Part shown: positions 11,901-23,173 of the stretch, piece after piece
How positions within the stretch are numbered: the first letter of the stretch is position 1
How the letters are laid out: every line of letters begins with the position of its first letter
Source: Chiloscyllium plagiosum
Taxonomy: Eukaryota
Length of the DNA: 64,000 nucleotides
Reading direction: 5' to 3'
Assembly: GCF_004010195.1 (NCBI RefSeq)
Contig: NC_057719.1
Span: forward strand, 92,953,946 to 93,017,945
Position numbers and translations under genes: made by a program
Notes under the pieces: model-generated
What the model was told of the DNA's origin: nothing
What the model saw: only the letters and a program-made list of their open reading frames with translations
Database searches by the model: none

Positions 11901-12029
11901 AGAAATGCTTCCCATTGAATGCACTGTAAAGGGTGAACATAAAGGAATCCTGATCTTGGTCCAGGGAACAATGCTCTGGCTTCATTACCCCTATGGTGTA
12001 TGCTCCACTCTCTGCGCCAGGCCATTCCC

Positions 12030-12210
12030 ATCATTACCTGATTGGTTGGTGACTAACCCCGTCCCTCATTCAATCTGATAGGTTGGTGATTCACCCGCTT
12101 CCATTTCTGATAGTTGAAGCGTCCTCCCCGCCCTGTACTCTTTCTGTTTGGTTGAAGGACCAGCAGCTCGAACTCGGTCATCCAGCCGCATTGTTTTCCA
12201 TTGGTCGTAA
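12030..12210. promoter_or_regulatory. Multi-CCAAT (NF-Y-like) plus GC-box promoter-like module
   Basis: CTGATTGG-like units at 12038, 12075, 12107 and 12144 (32-37 bp spacing), ATTGG at 12200, CCCCGCCC at 12126; homologous motif at 4808-4840. Confidence 0.4.
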
Positions 12211-12739
12211 AATGTCATCATCCATGTCGACAGTGTAATGCAGCATGTACACTGCGTATGAAATTCGAAAAGAAATGCTCATCTCTTCCATCTTCAGGCG
12301 GTGATTGACTGGTAAATGGGAGGGCAACATAGTGTGCAATACTCTGACAAGAAGTTTTCATGATTGATTACGTTATACCTCAAGCTCAGAACATGGCATT
12401 ACTGGGGCAGTGATTTAACCCAGAAAGAACCTCAAGCTTCCACCCAGAAATGGACCTCGATCAGAGTCCACCATCTTGTTTCAGAGAGAGAAGGAGTGCA
12501 CAGGCGCGGTTAGCATGGTGAAGACAGAGTCATTGGGTGGTGCCTTGCGTAGCCCCTCTCTCCTCCCAATATGAGCCGATGTCTCCATCTGAGGCTCTGC
12601 TGGTTTGTTTAGTTACTCTCAGTGGAAGGGAGGGACTGAGGGTTTACTGCAGAAAAGGGGCAATATGAAGAGGAGATGGAGCTGGATGGGATAAAAACAG
12701 CAATTCCGCCAGAATCCAACTCCTGTAATCCCGTGTAAA

Positions 12740-12985
12740 CTTACACCTGGATGTCTGACTGAATCCTTCGTGCACATGGAGCAGGGCAATAGTCTGTCCC
12801 CAGTGTGACTGCACCATGCTGTGGCCAGCTCAGGTGGGCAACTGTATCCCTGCCATTGTCCTCATACTTCCACAAGATCACCATAATATTGGGATCTTTG
12901 TCTCCCCTGTTTGGGTCGTCATGCAAATTCTAATCCAATGGAAAGAACGCTCACATATTTCCTCTGCACGGTATGTGGGGTGATT
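12740..12985 (-). pseudogene. C2H2 zinc-finger remnant
   Basis: Minus strand across a frameshift reads WKYEDNG / GYSCPPELATAWCSHTGDRLLPCSMCTK, a decayed WKCxDCGKG...HTGERPFxCxxC. Confidence 0.65.
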
Positions 12986-12989
12986 TTAT

Positions 12990-13280
12990 TCCAGTCTAAG
13001 TTAAATGATGTTGTAAACCTTGAAATAGTTCAGAAAAGTTTACCAGGATGATGCCCGTGTTAGAGGGCTTGAGCTTTCTGGAGAGGCTCAATAGGATGGG
13101 GCTATTTTCCATGTCGTTTCAGAGGCTTAAGTGTGAACTTACAGATGTTAACACAATCACGAGGGGCGTGGATATTGGCCAAATGCTGGCAAATGGGACA
13201 AGATTTATTGAGGATATCTGGTTGGGACAGATGAGTTGGACTAAAGGATCTGTTTCTGTTCTGTACATCTATATGACTCC
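12990..13280 (+). mobile_element. CR1-like LINE 3' fragment with internal deletion
   Basis: MMPVLEGLSFLERLNRMGLFS followed directly by 3' UTR ...aaaggatctgtttctgttctgtacatctatatgactc. Confidence 0.8.
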
Positions 13281-13610
13281 ACAGTCAGTTCACTGGAATA
13301 TTATCGCTCTGGCTGTGTAACTGTTGCAGCTGTTCCTATATTCTACTGGATGATCATGTGTAAAACGAATACGCGTAGGCCATTCGTCCTCTTGACTCTG
13401 TTCTATCATTTAATAGGATTGTTGGTGATCTGACATGCCTAAAGTACATTTTCCAGTGTTTCTGCCATAATCCTCAATTCCCCAAGAATCTATCTCAGCC
13501 CGAAAAATACACAAGTAATCTTTCGCCTCAGGTGTATGGTGCAAGAAGTTCAAATAAACCTCAATCTTCTTAGAAGAATCTTCTCCTTATTTCTGCTTTA
13601 ATTTGGCGCC

Positions 13611-13826
13611 TTTTATTTTAGACTATGGTTTGTGTCCTTAAACTGTCCAATTTTATCATGTCAAGCAACTTCAGAAACTGATTTACTTCAGTTAGTTCAG
13701 CTCTCATTGTTCAAAACTACACTGTGCTTTTATTTTAGACTATGTTGTCTACTCTTAAACTGTACAATTTTATCCTGTGAAGCAACTTCAGAAACCGATT
13801 TGCTGCGGTTAGTTCACTTCTCATGT
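13611..13826 (+). repeat. Tandem duplication, 117-bp period, two copies
   Basis: ttttattttagactatg...cttaaactgt.caattttatc.tgt.aagcaacttcagaaac.gattt starts at 13611 and 13728. Confidence 0.9.
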
Positions 13827-14934
13827 AAGTGTATCACTTACTCAATCTATGTCCCTGGTTAAAAGCCTTTCCACTGTTAGAAACCTCGCTGATTATATAA
13901 AAACATTTCTGGTTAAATCTGAGAGCTGAACGGTGACCTCTGTACTGTCAGCAGCAGCTTGTGTTAAAAAGAATAAACAAGCTCTTGTTTGTTTCCAAGG
14001 CTAGGCCTCGAACTTAATAACAAGTTTGTTCATGATCAAAATCTTTATTGACACTTATAGCCATTAAAGAGGTCAGTATCTGGGAAATAGTGCCAGCAAG
14101 TCTGGGAGATGAAGGGCTGAAAAAGGAAGGGCTGCCGGCTTTCGAACTATAATACTGCAGCATTAAGGGTTGACAATCCCGTGTAACTGTGCAATAATAC
14201 CGCACAAAACTGCTGAAGTAATATGGTCTTTTTTTTGTTTTTATAATTTATTCCTCAACTGCTTACTTGTCTGCCTTTGGTGTGAATGGATCTGAAAACA
14301 AAAGTAAATGGATTAAATCATTGCTGTACTCACTGACGTCTAAGTGCAGCGTGCTGTTGTGAGACACTTGTGCGTGTTAGTGACTGTGACGGATGGGAAA
14401 ATATCGATTCTGCCTATCTTTGTTACTGAGCTAGCTGCCAGTGAGAATGAGGCTGAGAGAATGAAGCATGGAGAAGAGGGAAAGAACCAAGTGGTGTGGG
14501 AAGGATTGGAAATTCGGGTCAGTTTTCACTCGTCACCCCTCCAAAAATCCCAACCCATTGTTTCTTTCTCTGTTGCACTTGCCCCCATCTCATCCATCCA
14601 TTCCTCCCTTCCTCTCCATTACCCCAGGATCAGCAAACTCCCAAATATAATGTTGTATTTCTTACAAACTATCTTGTTTTTTTTTTTCTCAGCACGTTTA
14701 ACGCTTTGAGAACTGGATAGAAAACGAGAGTTAGAGCAGCCAGTCCAGAGCTTCCAAACACACTCTGCACCTCCTTGAACTTCTTGAGCTGCTGCAGTCC
14801 GTGTGGTGAAGCTGCTCCCAGATTGCTGTTTGGTAAGGAGTGACAGGATTTCCATCCAGTGGTGATAAGGTAGTACTGATGTCTGTATCAGTTACAATCA
14901 TTTAGTTTTTATATCCCACCTTTAACAGAATGGA

Positions 14935-16170
14935 AACATAGAACATCACAACAGGAGTAAGCTATTGTGGTGTTTGAACCTGCTTCACTATTCAGGGGAA
15001 TCATGGCTGCTCGCACCCACTTAAGAGCCATACTCTTAGATCCATTCAGCACTCAGAGCTATATCATTTTTTTTCGGAAACATTCAATGCCTTAACTGTT
15101 TTCTGTGGCAGTGAATTTCACAGGCTCGCTAATCTCTGAAAATGTTTTTTTCCTCGTCTCAGTCAAAAAAGACCTGCCTCAAATCCTTTAAATGCGACTC
15201 CTGATTCTGAATTCCCTGGTCATTGAGTGCATCTTCCTTGCATTTACATTGTTGGTCCTGTGAGATCCTTCTTCTGAACTCCAGTGAATTTCATCCTAAC
15301 CAATACATCCTGTCCTCATACATCAGTCCTGCCGTCACAGGAATCAGCTGGGAAACTTTTGGTGCATAGCATCCATAGACAGAGCATCCTCCTTCTAAAC
15401 CTGCATACAATACTTCAGGTGTGCTCTCACTAAGATCTTGCACAGTTCCAACAAGACATCCCCGCTCCAATTCTAAAACCCTCCCACTGTTCGGGCCAAC
15501 AGATAATTTGCTGACTTCACCTCTTGCTGCATTTTCATGCTTAACTTTCAGTGTCTGATTTTGAGATAAAACTGGGTAATCTCCAATTTATTCAAATTAT
15601 CCTTCATCTGCCGTGCAGCTTTGCCCACTTACTCAACTTCTACAAATCGCACTGAAGCATATCTGTGTCCTCCTCACAAGTCACTGTCCCACCCAGCTTC
15701 ATGTCCTCTACATGTTTGCAAATATGAAATTTAGTTCTCTCATCTTAATCATTCATGGGTACTGTGAATAGTTGGCGTCCAATTCTGATCCCTGCAGTCT
15801 CACACTGTGCACTGTCTGTCACTCCAAACATGAGCTCCTTTTTCCAACTCTGTTTCCAATCTGCCAGCCTGTTCTGTGTCCCCGAATACCCAATCCCAAT
15901 TATTTAATTTTACATGCTGATCTCTTCTGTTGGACCTTCTGAGTGCATTCTCAAAGCACAAGGAAGGCATATCGACTGTCTCTTTATCAACTCTAAATGC
16001 TGAATGACTCTGTCCAATACTGTCAGTCTTTTCCAATATTAACCGGTCTGTCCTTCCACTTTTTCTCCCCGTCTCCTTTTTTTTTAAAATAGCGTGTTCA
16101 CACTTGCTCCCTTCTAGTCGATAGGAGTTGGCTGGAGAATCTTGAAGGATGACGGTCAATTACCTCCATT
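14935..16170 (-). mobile_element. Old CR1-like LINE fragment
   Basis: Tail-like gaaacatagaacat at ~14935 and decayed RT/C-terminal DNA on the minus strand. Confidence 0.7.
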
Positions 16171-16204
16171 TAGTTTCAGAATCTATCCACGATATTTCGA
16201 GTCA

Positions 16205-17050
16205 AGCACAAGAACAATACAGCACAGGAACAAGCCCTATGGCCATCCAAGCCTGCGCCGCCACATTTTGACCTTTCGTATTAAAACCGTCCCACTTACA
16301 GAATCCGTATCCCTCTTCTCCCTTCCTATTCATATATTCATTCAGGTGCTTCTTGAACTCGGATATTGTGCTTGCTTCCACCACCTCCTCTGAAAGCTTG
16401 ATCCAGGCACGTGCTACCTTTGTGTGAAAAATCTGCCTCGTAAATCTATTTAAAACTTTCCTCCTCGCACCTTCAACCAATGTCTCCAAGTAATTGATCC
16501 CTCTACCTTGAGAAAAAAGCCTCAGACTTCCCAGTCTATCCATGCCATTCATAATCTTATAAGCTTCTGTCAGATCACCCCCTAAAACATCCGATGAAAA
16601 CAAGCCCAGTCTACCCAACCTTGCTGCAAAGTTAAAAGCTCTTATAACCAGGCAACATCCTGGTAAACCTTTTCTGTACCCTTTTCAAAGCATCTACATT
16701 CTTCTGGTAGTGTGGAGAACAGAACTGTATACAGTATTCCAAGTGAGGTCTAATAAAGCTCTACAAAGCTGCTGCATAACTTGTCTATTCTTATACTCCA
16801 TGCCTCTTCCAATGAAGGCAACCCTGTCATAGGCCATTTTTACTACATTATCGATCTGCGCTGCCACCGTCAGTAACCTGCCCACTCAGATCTCTCAGCA
16901 TATCAATATTCCTGCGGGTTCTACTATTCACTGTATAATTTCTACCTGTACGTGACCTTCCAAAAAGCATCACCTTATGTTTGACTGAATTAAACTCCAT
17001 CTTCTATTTTTCTGTCCATACCTCTAACTGATCTAAATCCTGTTGTATTA
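16205..17050 (-). mobile_element. CR1/HER1-like LINE 3' fragment
   Basis: GDLTEAYKIMNGMDR...EEVVEASTISEFKKHL; VVKMAYDRVAFIGRGMEYK. Confidence 0.9.
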
Positions 17051-17059
17051 TCGATTGGT

Positions 17060-18400
17060 TTTCCTGACTTCCGAAATGGGGAAATGCAGGCATCCTTCAT
17101 TAAAGATTTAATAGCAAGGCAATTGGAAGATAGTGCGAGTATGAGACACAGTCAGCATGGATTTACAAAAGAGAAATCATGCTTGATAAGTCTATTGCAA
17201 TGTTTTGAGATTTCGTGAGTAGAGCTGATTGCGGAGTGGGTGGAATCGGTTTAATGTCACATTAAGAATGATTTCGATAAGGTCCCATGTTGGAAGTTAG
17301 AATGAAAACTAAAACACTTGTGGTTAGAGGCAGTGTACTGAAATGGGTAGAGAACTGGTCATCAGCCAGGAGACACATTGCAGGAATGCTCAGGCCTTTT
17401 TCTCAATGGCAGTCAGTGAGTAGTACCAGGGAGCAGTACTTGGGCCCTAGCTATCCACCTTAAATAGTGATGATTTTGAGGAAGGAACAAGATGTAAAAA
17501 TGTCCACATTGGCGGATGACAGAAAGCTGGATGAGAGGGTGAGCTGTGATGAGGATGCAGAGAGATAATTCAGTCTGATTGGGACAAATCGACTAAGTGG
17601 GCAAATGCTTGGCAGGTGAAGGATATGGAGACACTTTGGGAACAGCAGCATGAACGTAGATTATTCTCTGAATGGTGAGAGATTGGGAAAGGGGGAAGTG
17701 CAATGTGACTTCTGTGTCCTTGTATCCCGGTCATTATAATAAGCAGGCAGGTGCATCAGTGGCTGAAGAAGCTAAATGTTATGTTGCTCTTCTCAGTGAG
17801 AGGATTCAGGTACAGGAGCAGGGGTGACTTGCTGCAATTGCACATGGTCTTGTTGGGAACACCACCGCAGTATCATGTGCAGTGTTAATCTCATTTATAT
17901 GAGGAAGGAAGTTCTGGCTGCAGAGGGAATGCAATAAAGATTTATCGGACTGAATTCTGGGATGGCAGGAATGAGATATAAAGAGATACTAGATTGGTTA
18001 GTACGATATTCTCTGGAATTTAGAAGAATGAAGGGGAATCACAGAGCCGAAAACGTTCTAACAGTGATGAGGCAGGATAAACTCTGTAAGGATGTTCCTG
18101 ATGACCATGCAGTCCAGAAGCAGGGACCACAGTCTAAGGATACAGGGTGGTTCAATCAGGCCTGAGATGAGGAGAAACCTCCTCAGAAAGTGGTGAGGTT
18201 GTGGGAATCATTATCGCAGTAATTAGTTGAAGGCGAAGCATTGAATGATTTAAGGAAGGAGATAGATACAGTTCTTGGTGTTAAACAGATCAAACGGTAT
18301 GTGAAATAAACAGGGGACTGAGATGGATGATTAAACATGATTGAATTGAAAGACTGAGCAGTTTTTGAGGGGATGAATGGTCTCCTCCTGTTCTTGTTTC
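17060..18400 (+). mobile_element. Old CR1-like LINE, RT to 3' end
   Basis: agtcagcatggatttacaaaa (SQHGF), ttggcggatgacaga (xADD), YSLEFRRMKG and 3' UTR. Confidence 0.88.
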
Positions 18401-18444
18401 TCTGTTTCTTTATTTTTCGTGGAAAGGTACATGTAACGAATTAT

Positions 18445-19345
18445 AGTCAAAAAAAATACTGCAGAGGCTGTAATCCAAAGTAGATAGCCAGGAGGCTGGA
18501 AGAACACAGAAAACCAGGTATCGTCAGGAGGTGCAGAAGCCAACGTTTTGGGTGTAAACCTTCTTCACGACTGGGGGTGGGAGTGGGAGGAACTGCAGGT
18601 AAAGGAGGGGGTGGGGGCAGATTGGTGTAGTGACGATAGGTGAAGATTGGTAGAGGGTACGACCTGAAAGCTCAATGGGAGGAATGAATCCGGTTGGTGT
18701 CAGGGAGCAGTGGGAGAGGGGCTGGGAAGAAGTTGAGTGATGGGGAGGAAGGTTATTTGAAATTGGAGAACTCACTGAGTTCTCCAGGATGTAGGGCGGA
18801 AGCTGAAGTGTTGTTTCTGCAATCTGTGGTGTGGTTCAAAGTGTCCATGGAGGAGCTCAAGGATGGCTATGTCAGAAAGCGAGTTGTTGGGGCAATTGAA
18901 ATGGGCGGGGCCTGGGAGGTCCGGTTGGCGACTGCGTGTCCAGCTGCAATGTTTGGTTCGCCGTTCCCAAAGTTGACATTTGATCTCCCCAATGTAGAGA
19001 AACCTACATCGGGAGCACCTGATGCAGTAAACTAGGTTGGAAGAGAGAGAGGTAAAACTCTGCCTCACCTGGAAACACTGTTTGGAGCTCTGGATAGAGG
19101 TGACATTACGGTGTTTTGGTAGGTGTTGCATCTTTTCCAGTTGCAGGGGAATGTACCTGCGGTTCAGGAAGGTCTGTTGGGAGAGTGGCGTCGATGGTAA
19201 GAGACCTTGTGGAAGGCAGAGTGGGGTAGGGAGGGCATGATGTTCTTGGTGGTAGGGTCTAGTTGGAGTTGGCAGAAATGTTTAAGAATGATGGGTTGGA
19301 TGTGGAGACTGGTGGGGTGTTGGGTGAGGGCGAGGGGGATTCTGT
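18445..19345 (-). mobile_element. Penelope-like element 3' part (GIY-YIG endonuclease plus terminal repeat)
   Basis: ORF 18772-19131: FTSLSSNLVYCIRCSRCRFLYIGEIKCQLWERRTKH. Confidence 0.9.
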
Positions 19346-19348
19346 CAT

Positions 19349-21210
19349 GCCCTTATCGACCCTGGTGATCTCCCCTCCACTGCCTCCTATCTCATAGCCC
19401 CCAGCCAATTACTGCTTGGTTCTTCCTACTCTCGATGATCCACAAACCCAACTAGCTTGGCTGACCCATGGCCTCGGCCTGCTCCTGCCCCACCTTGTCC
19501 TAAATCTCATCCTACATTGACTCCATCCTCTCCCCCCTTGTTCAGGCACGTCCCACCTAGATCTGCGACACCAAAAAACCATCTCTTCAGGAACTTCCCA
19601 TTCCCGGCCTCAGTGATTTCTCTTCACTGTGTACATGCAGTCCTTACAAACATCCATTTCCCATAAGGATGGCCTCCAGGCTCTCCGCTTCTTTCTCTCC
19701 AATAGACCCATCCAGTCCCCCTCCACCAATACCCTCCTGCCCCCTCTGAACTGGTCCTCACTCTCGATAAGTTTTCCTTTAACCCCTCCCATTTCCTCCA
19801 AATCAAAGGGATGGCCATGGGCACCTGGATGGGCCCCAAATCCACCAGTCTCTTTGTCGGTTATATCCATGTTCAGTACCAACACAGGCACTGTACCCCA
19901 TTTTTCCGCTAATATATTGGTAACTGCATCACTGCTTCATTGTGCACCAAGTCCCAACTGGAACAGTTCATCATCTTCGCCCAGAATTACCATTCTGCCC
20001 TCAAATTCACTTACTCTATCTCAGACACCTACCTCCACATTTCTTGACCTCACCATTTCCATCTCTGATGAAAGTCTCCAGGTGGACGTTTGTTACAACC
20101 CCATAGATTCCTATAACTACCTGGACTACACCTCCTCCCGCCTAGTATCCTGCAAGAACTTCATACCTTTCTCCCAAACTCTCCACTCTGATGCATCTGC
20201 TTGGATGAGGAGACATTCCATTCGCCAACATCTCAAATATCCCCTCATTTTGAACTTTGTCTTCTTCATCCCTTTGTCATCCAGACAGCCTTCCTCTGCC
20301 CCGCCTCCACTCCCCCCACAACGTATTAAAGACAGAGTCCTCCTTGTCCACACCTACTACCCCACGTCTGCACACAATCCATCATCCTTAAACACGTCCA
20401 CTAACACCAACCAAACCCCACCACGAAGAACATTTCCCCTCACCCCTCTCAGCCTTCCATGAGGACCATTCCCTCTGATAGTCCTTGGTTTGTGACACTG
20501 TCCCAACCGAGTCCCTTCCACCCCAAAACCCAGGTACCTTGCTCTGCAATCGGAAAAGTTGCAAAACCTGCCAGTGCACCCCCCTCACCTCCATCCAAGG
20601 CTTCGAACAGTACTCCAGGTGAGACGGAGGATCACTTGCCTCTCTTCCAATCCAGTTTACTGTATCGGTGTGAACGTAAACTTAAGGAATCGCTCACCTA
20701 GCATCACACCTGGCTGCAGGGGCTGCCTGGAACTCCCAGTCGCCACCCATTTTAATTCCCATTCCCACTCTCACATGACCATACTTGTCCTCCTCCACAT
20801 CCATAGTCAAAGCGAACCACGGTGCAAATTGGAGGAACAAAACCTCAGCTTCTGTCTGGGCAGCTTCCAGGCCAGAGGACTCAACATTATGTTCAAATAA
20901 CCTCCCTCCCCATCCCCAACACCCTTCCCTCCCTACCCCATCCCATCCACTCCTCCCTCCCAGCAACCAGATTCATTCCTCCCATTGACCAACCAGCTTG
21001 TAACCTCTACCTGTCTCTACATTTCCTCACTTCACCACACTGCCCCTCCACCCCCTTTATCTACAGCTCCCCCCAAACCCACTCCCAATCCTGAAGAAAG
21101 TTACACCTTAAATGTCGATTTCTCGACCTCCCGATGCCTGCCTGTCTTGCTGAGTTCTTCCAGACTCCAGCCTGTCTATTTTGGATTCCATCATCTGCAG
21201 TTTATTTTGT
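19349..21210 (+). mobile_element. Penelope-like element (RT, GIY-YIG, terminal repeat), decayed
   Basis: MQSLQTSISHKDGLQALRFFL, KGMAMG, FLDLTISI...DSYNYLDYTSSR RT motifs; SSNPVYCI...PVATHFNS...KLEEQNLSFCLG endonuclease region. Confidence 0.92.
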
Positions 21211-21949
21211 CTCTGACTGTTACATTTCGAACAGCCTGACCTTTAGCTGGCAGTTGTGGCTATACTTGAAATTCAGAAAAACACAACCAAACTTAAATGA
21301 TGGTAAACGCTTTTGACTTCGTAATAATTAAATTGGGGAATGTGGCAGACCACGATTTTGAAGGGTTTGTTGGAGTATGATTCCACTCGTATTGATAATA
21401 TGTAAAAGCTGAAATCTTCCTGCAGGCCCTGTATGCAAACGTCTATGTGCAGTACAACGAGAACTGACAGGTCAAGATAGGAAATAGGGGGAATACAGAA
21501 CAATGATGCTGGATCACACCTACAGCGATGGGATTTTCAGATACAATTTGACATAGCTGTAGGAAAGGAACCAGCAGAGGTGGCTGATAAGATTGTCTAA
21601 TTTGTATTGTGAAGGAAACTCCATGGGATCCTCATATATGTCGGAGCTGACAATTGAGGAGGTAGGTGAGATGGAGAGCCCTTCACGAGAAAGTAAATTG
21701 ATTTTGAGATATGATATCAACTTGATTTTCATGCATTTAACAGAAACTTGATCGATACTGTTTTTGTCTCCAAAAGATAACAAGAATGATGGTGTTTCTA
21801 AACATCGTCAGAAACAAAACCCAGAAAGCATAGTTTGGAATGGATTTCAGTGACGTCAAAATCTAACTCCTGCTGTCATTCAATGAACTCCTGGGTTTTA
21901 ATCAGTCTTAATGAACCAGAAAATCCCTGTTCATATGCTGTGCAGACTG

Positions 21950-22880
21950 ATCGCCACTACTCAGTATGAATGAGTTTGTTCAACGAAATTTTGATTATTT
22001 CTAAAACCAGGTCCTCCAGCTACACAATTCTGCTAACATTTTAACTGCCCATGACCATTTCCCATCACTTAATGTAAACCCTATACTATGCCCATTTGTG
22101 AATTTGCTTGTGCCTCAGCAGTTTGGGTAACTAAGGGAATACTTTCCTACAATCAGAACCAATAAATGGTCTCTCTCCAGTCTTAACTCGCTGGTATGGT
22201 AGTAGGTTGAATATTTGACTGAGTCCCTTTCTACGCGCAGAACAGATGAATAGTTCATTCCTCGTGTGAACGCAATATTGTATTCACATGTGGGTTGTCT
22301 GAGTGAATCCTTTCCCACACGTTGGGCAAGTGAATGGTTTCTCTCCAGTGAGAACTCATTGGTGTATCCTCAGGTTATTTGCCTAACTGAACTATTTCTA
22401 ACACACAAACAGATGTGTTGGTGTCTCTGCAGTGTGAAGTCAATAATGGCCTCAGCAGACTGGGTAACTGGATGAATCCCTGGAAGCAGGTGAAAAATTT
22501 CCTCCCCTCCCCCACCACTTAGTGTGAATTTGATGGTGTCTCAGCCTGGTGGATAACTGAGTGAATCCCTTCCCACACATGAAGCAAAGAACTTGTCATT
22601 CTCTAGCATGACCACAGTGGTGTATTAGCGCATTGGAAAACCGAGTTAAATTCTTACCACACAGGAGCAGCTGAACAGATTCTTCCAAGTGTGAACTTGC
22701 TGGTGTCTCTGTAGGTGGAATGACTAAGTCAAATACTTTCAGAACAGGTGAACAGCCACTTCCCAGTATGACTGTGCCGATTTGACATTTCAAATAAATG
22801 TTGTCAGACGTCTTTCAAACAAAGAGTAGACGTGTTTCTCCCCGCCTTGCATGGTGGGTTTTTTTCCATTCACGTTCCAA
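21950..22880 (-). pseudogene. Multi-finger C2H2 zinc-finger pseudogene
   Basis: Minus strand gives HQ*VLTGEKPFTCPTCGKGFTQ (~22295-22365), CGKGFTQLSTRLRHHQIHT (~22520-22580) and further decayed fingers; many stops and frameshifts. Confidence 0.85.
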
Positions 22881-22886
22881 GTGCTT

Positions 22887-23057
22887 TGGGAATTCAGAGT
22901 CGAGCGTGTAGTCCTAGAATAGTGAAGCAGGTCATGCAGCATCCGAATCACAATCTGGGAATTAGATTCCTGATGACTGGTTATGCCCGAAACGTTAATT
23001 CTTCTCTCCTCGGATGCTGCCTGACCTGCTGGCTTTTCCAGCACCACAGTCTCGACC
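22887..23057. mobile_element. Short foldback pair of Penelope-like termini with hammerhead-like core
   Basis: 22887-22946 is the reverse complement of ~23008-23057; CTGATGA...GAAACGTT at 22970-22996. Confidence 0.75.
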
Positions 23058-23173
23058 CCCTTTGGTACTTCAGTTTAATCTGTGGAATAACTGCCGGACA
23101 TGGATATGGACTCATACAAATCTGTTAATTACAAACCAACCTTTCAAAAGAAATTAACAATAAAGTACTGATC

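Noticed and set aside
19629..20462. 277-aa ORF as an intact gene
   Set aside because: It moves in and out of the Penelope RT frame through frameshifts; decayed TE.
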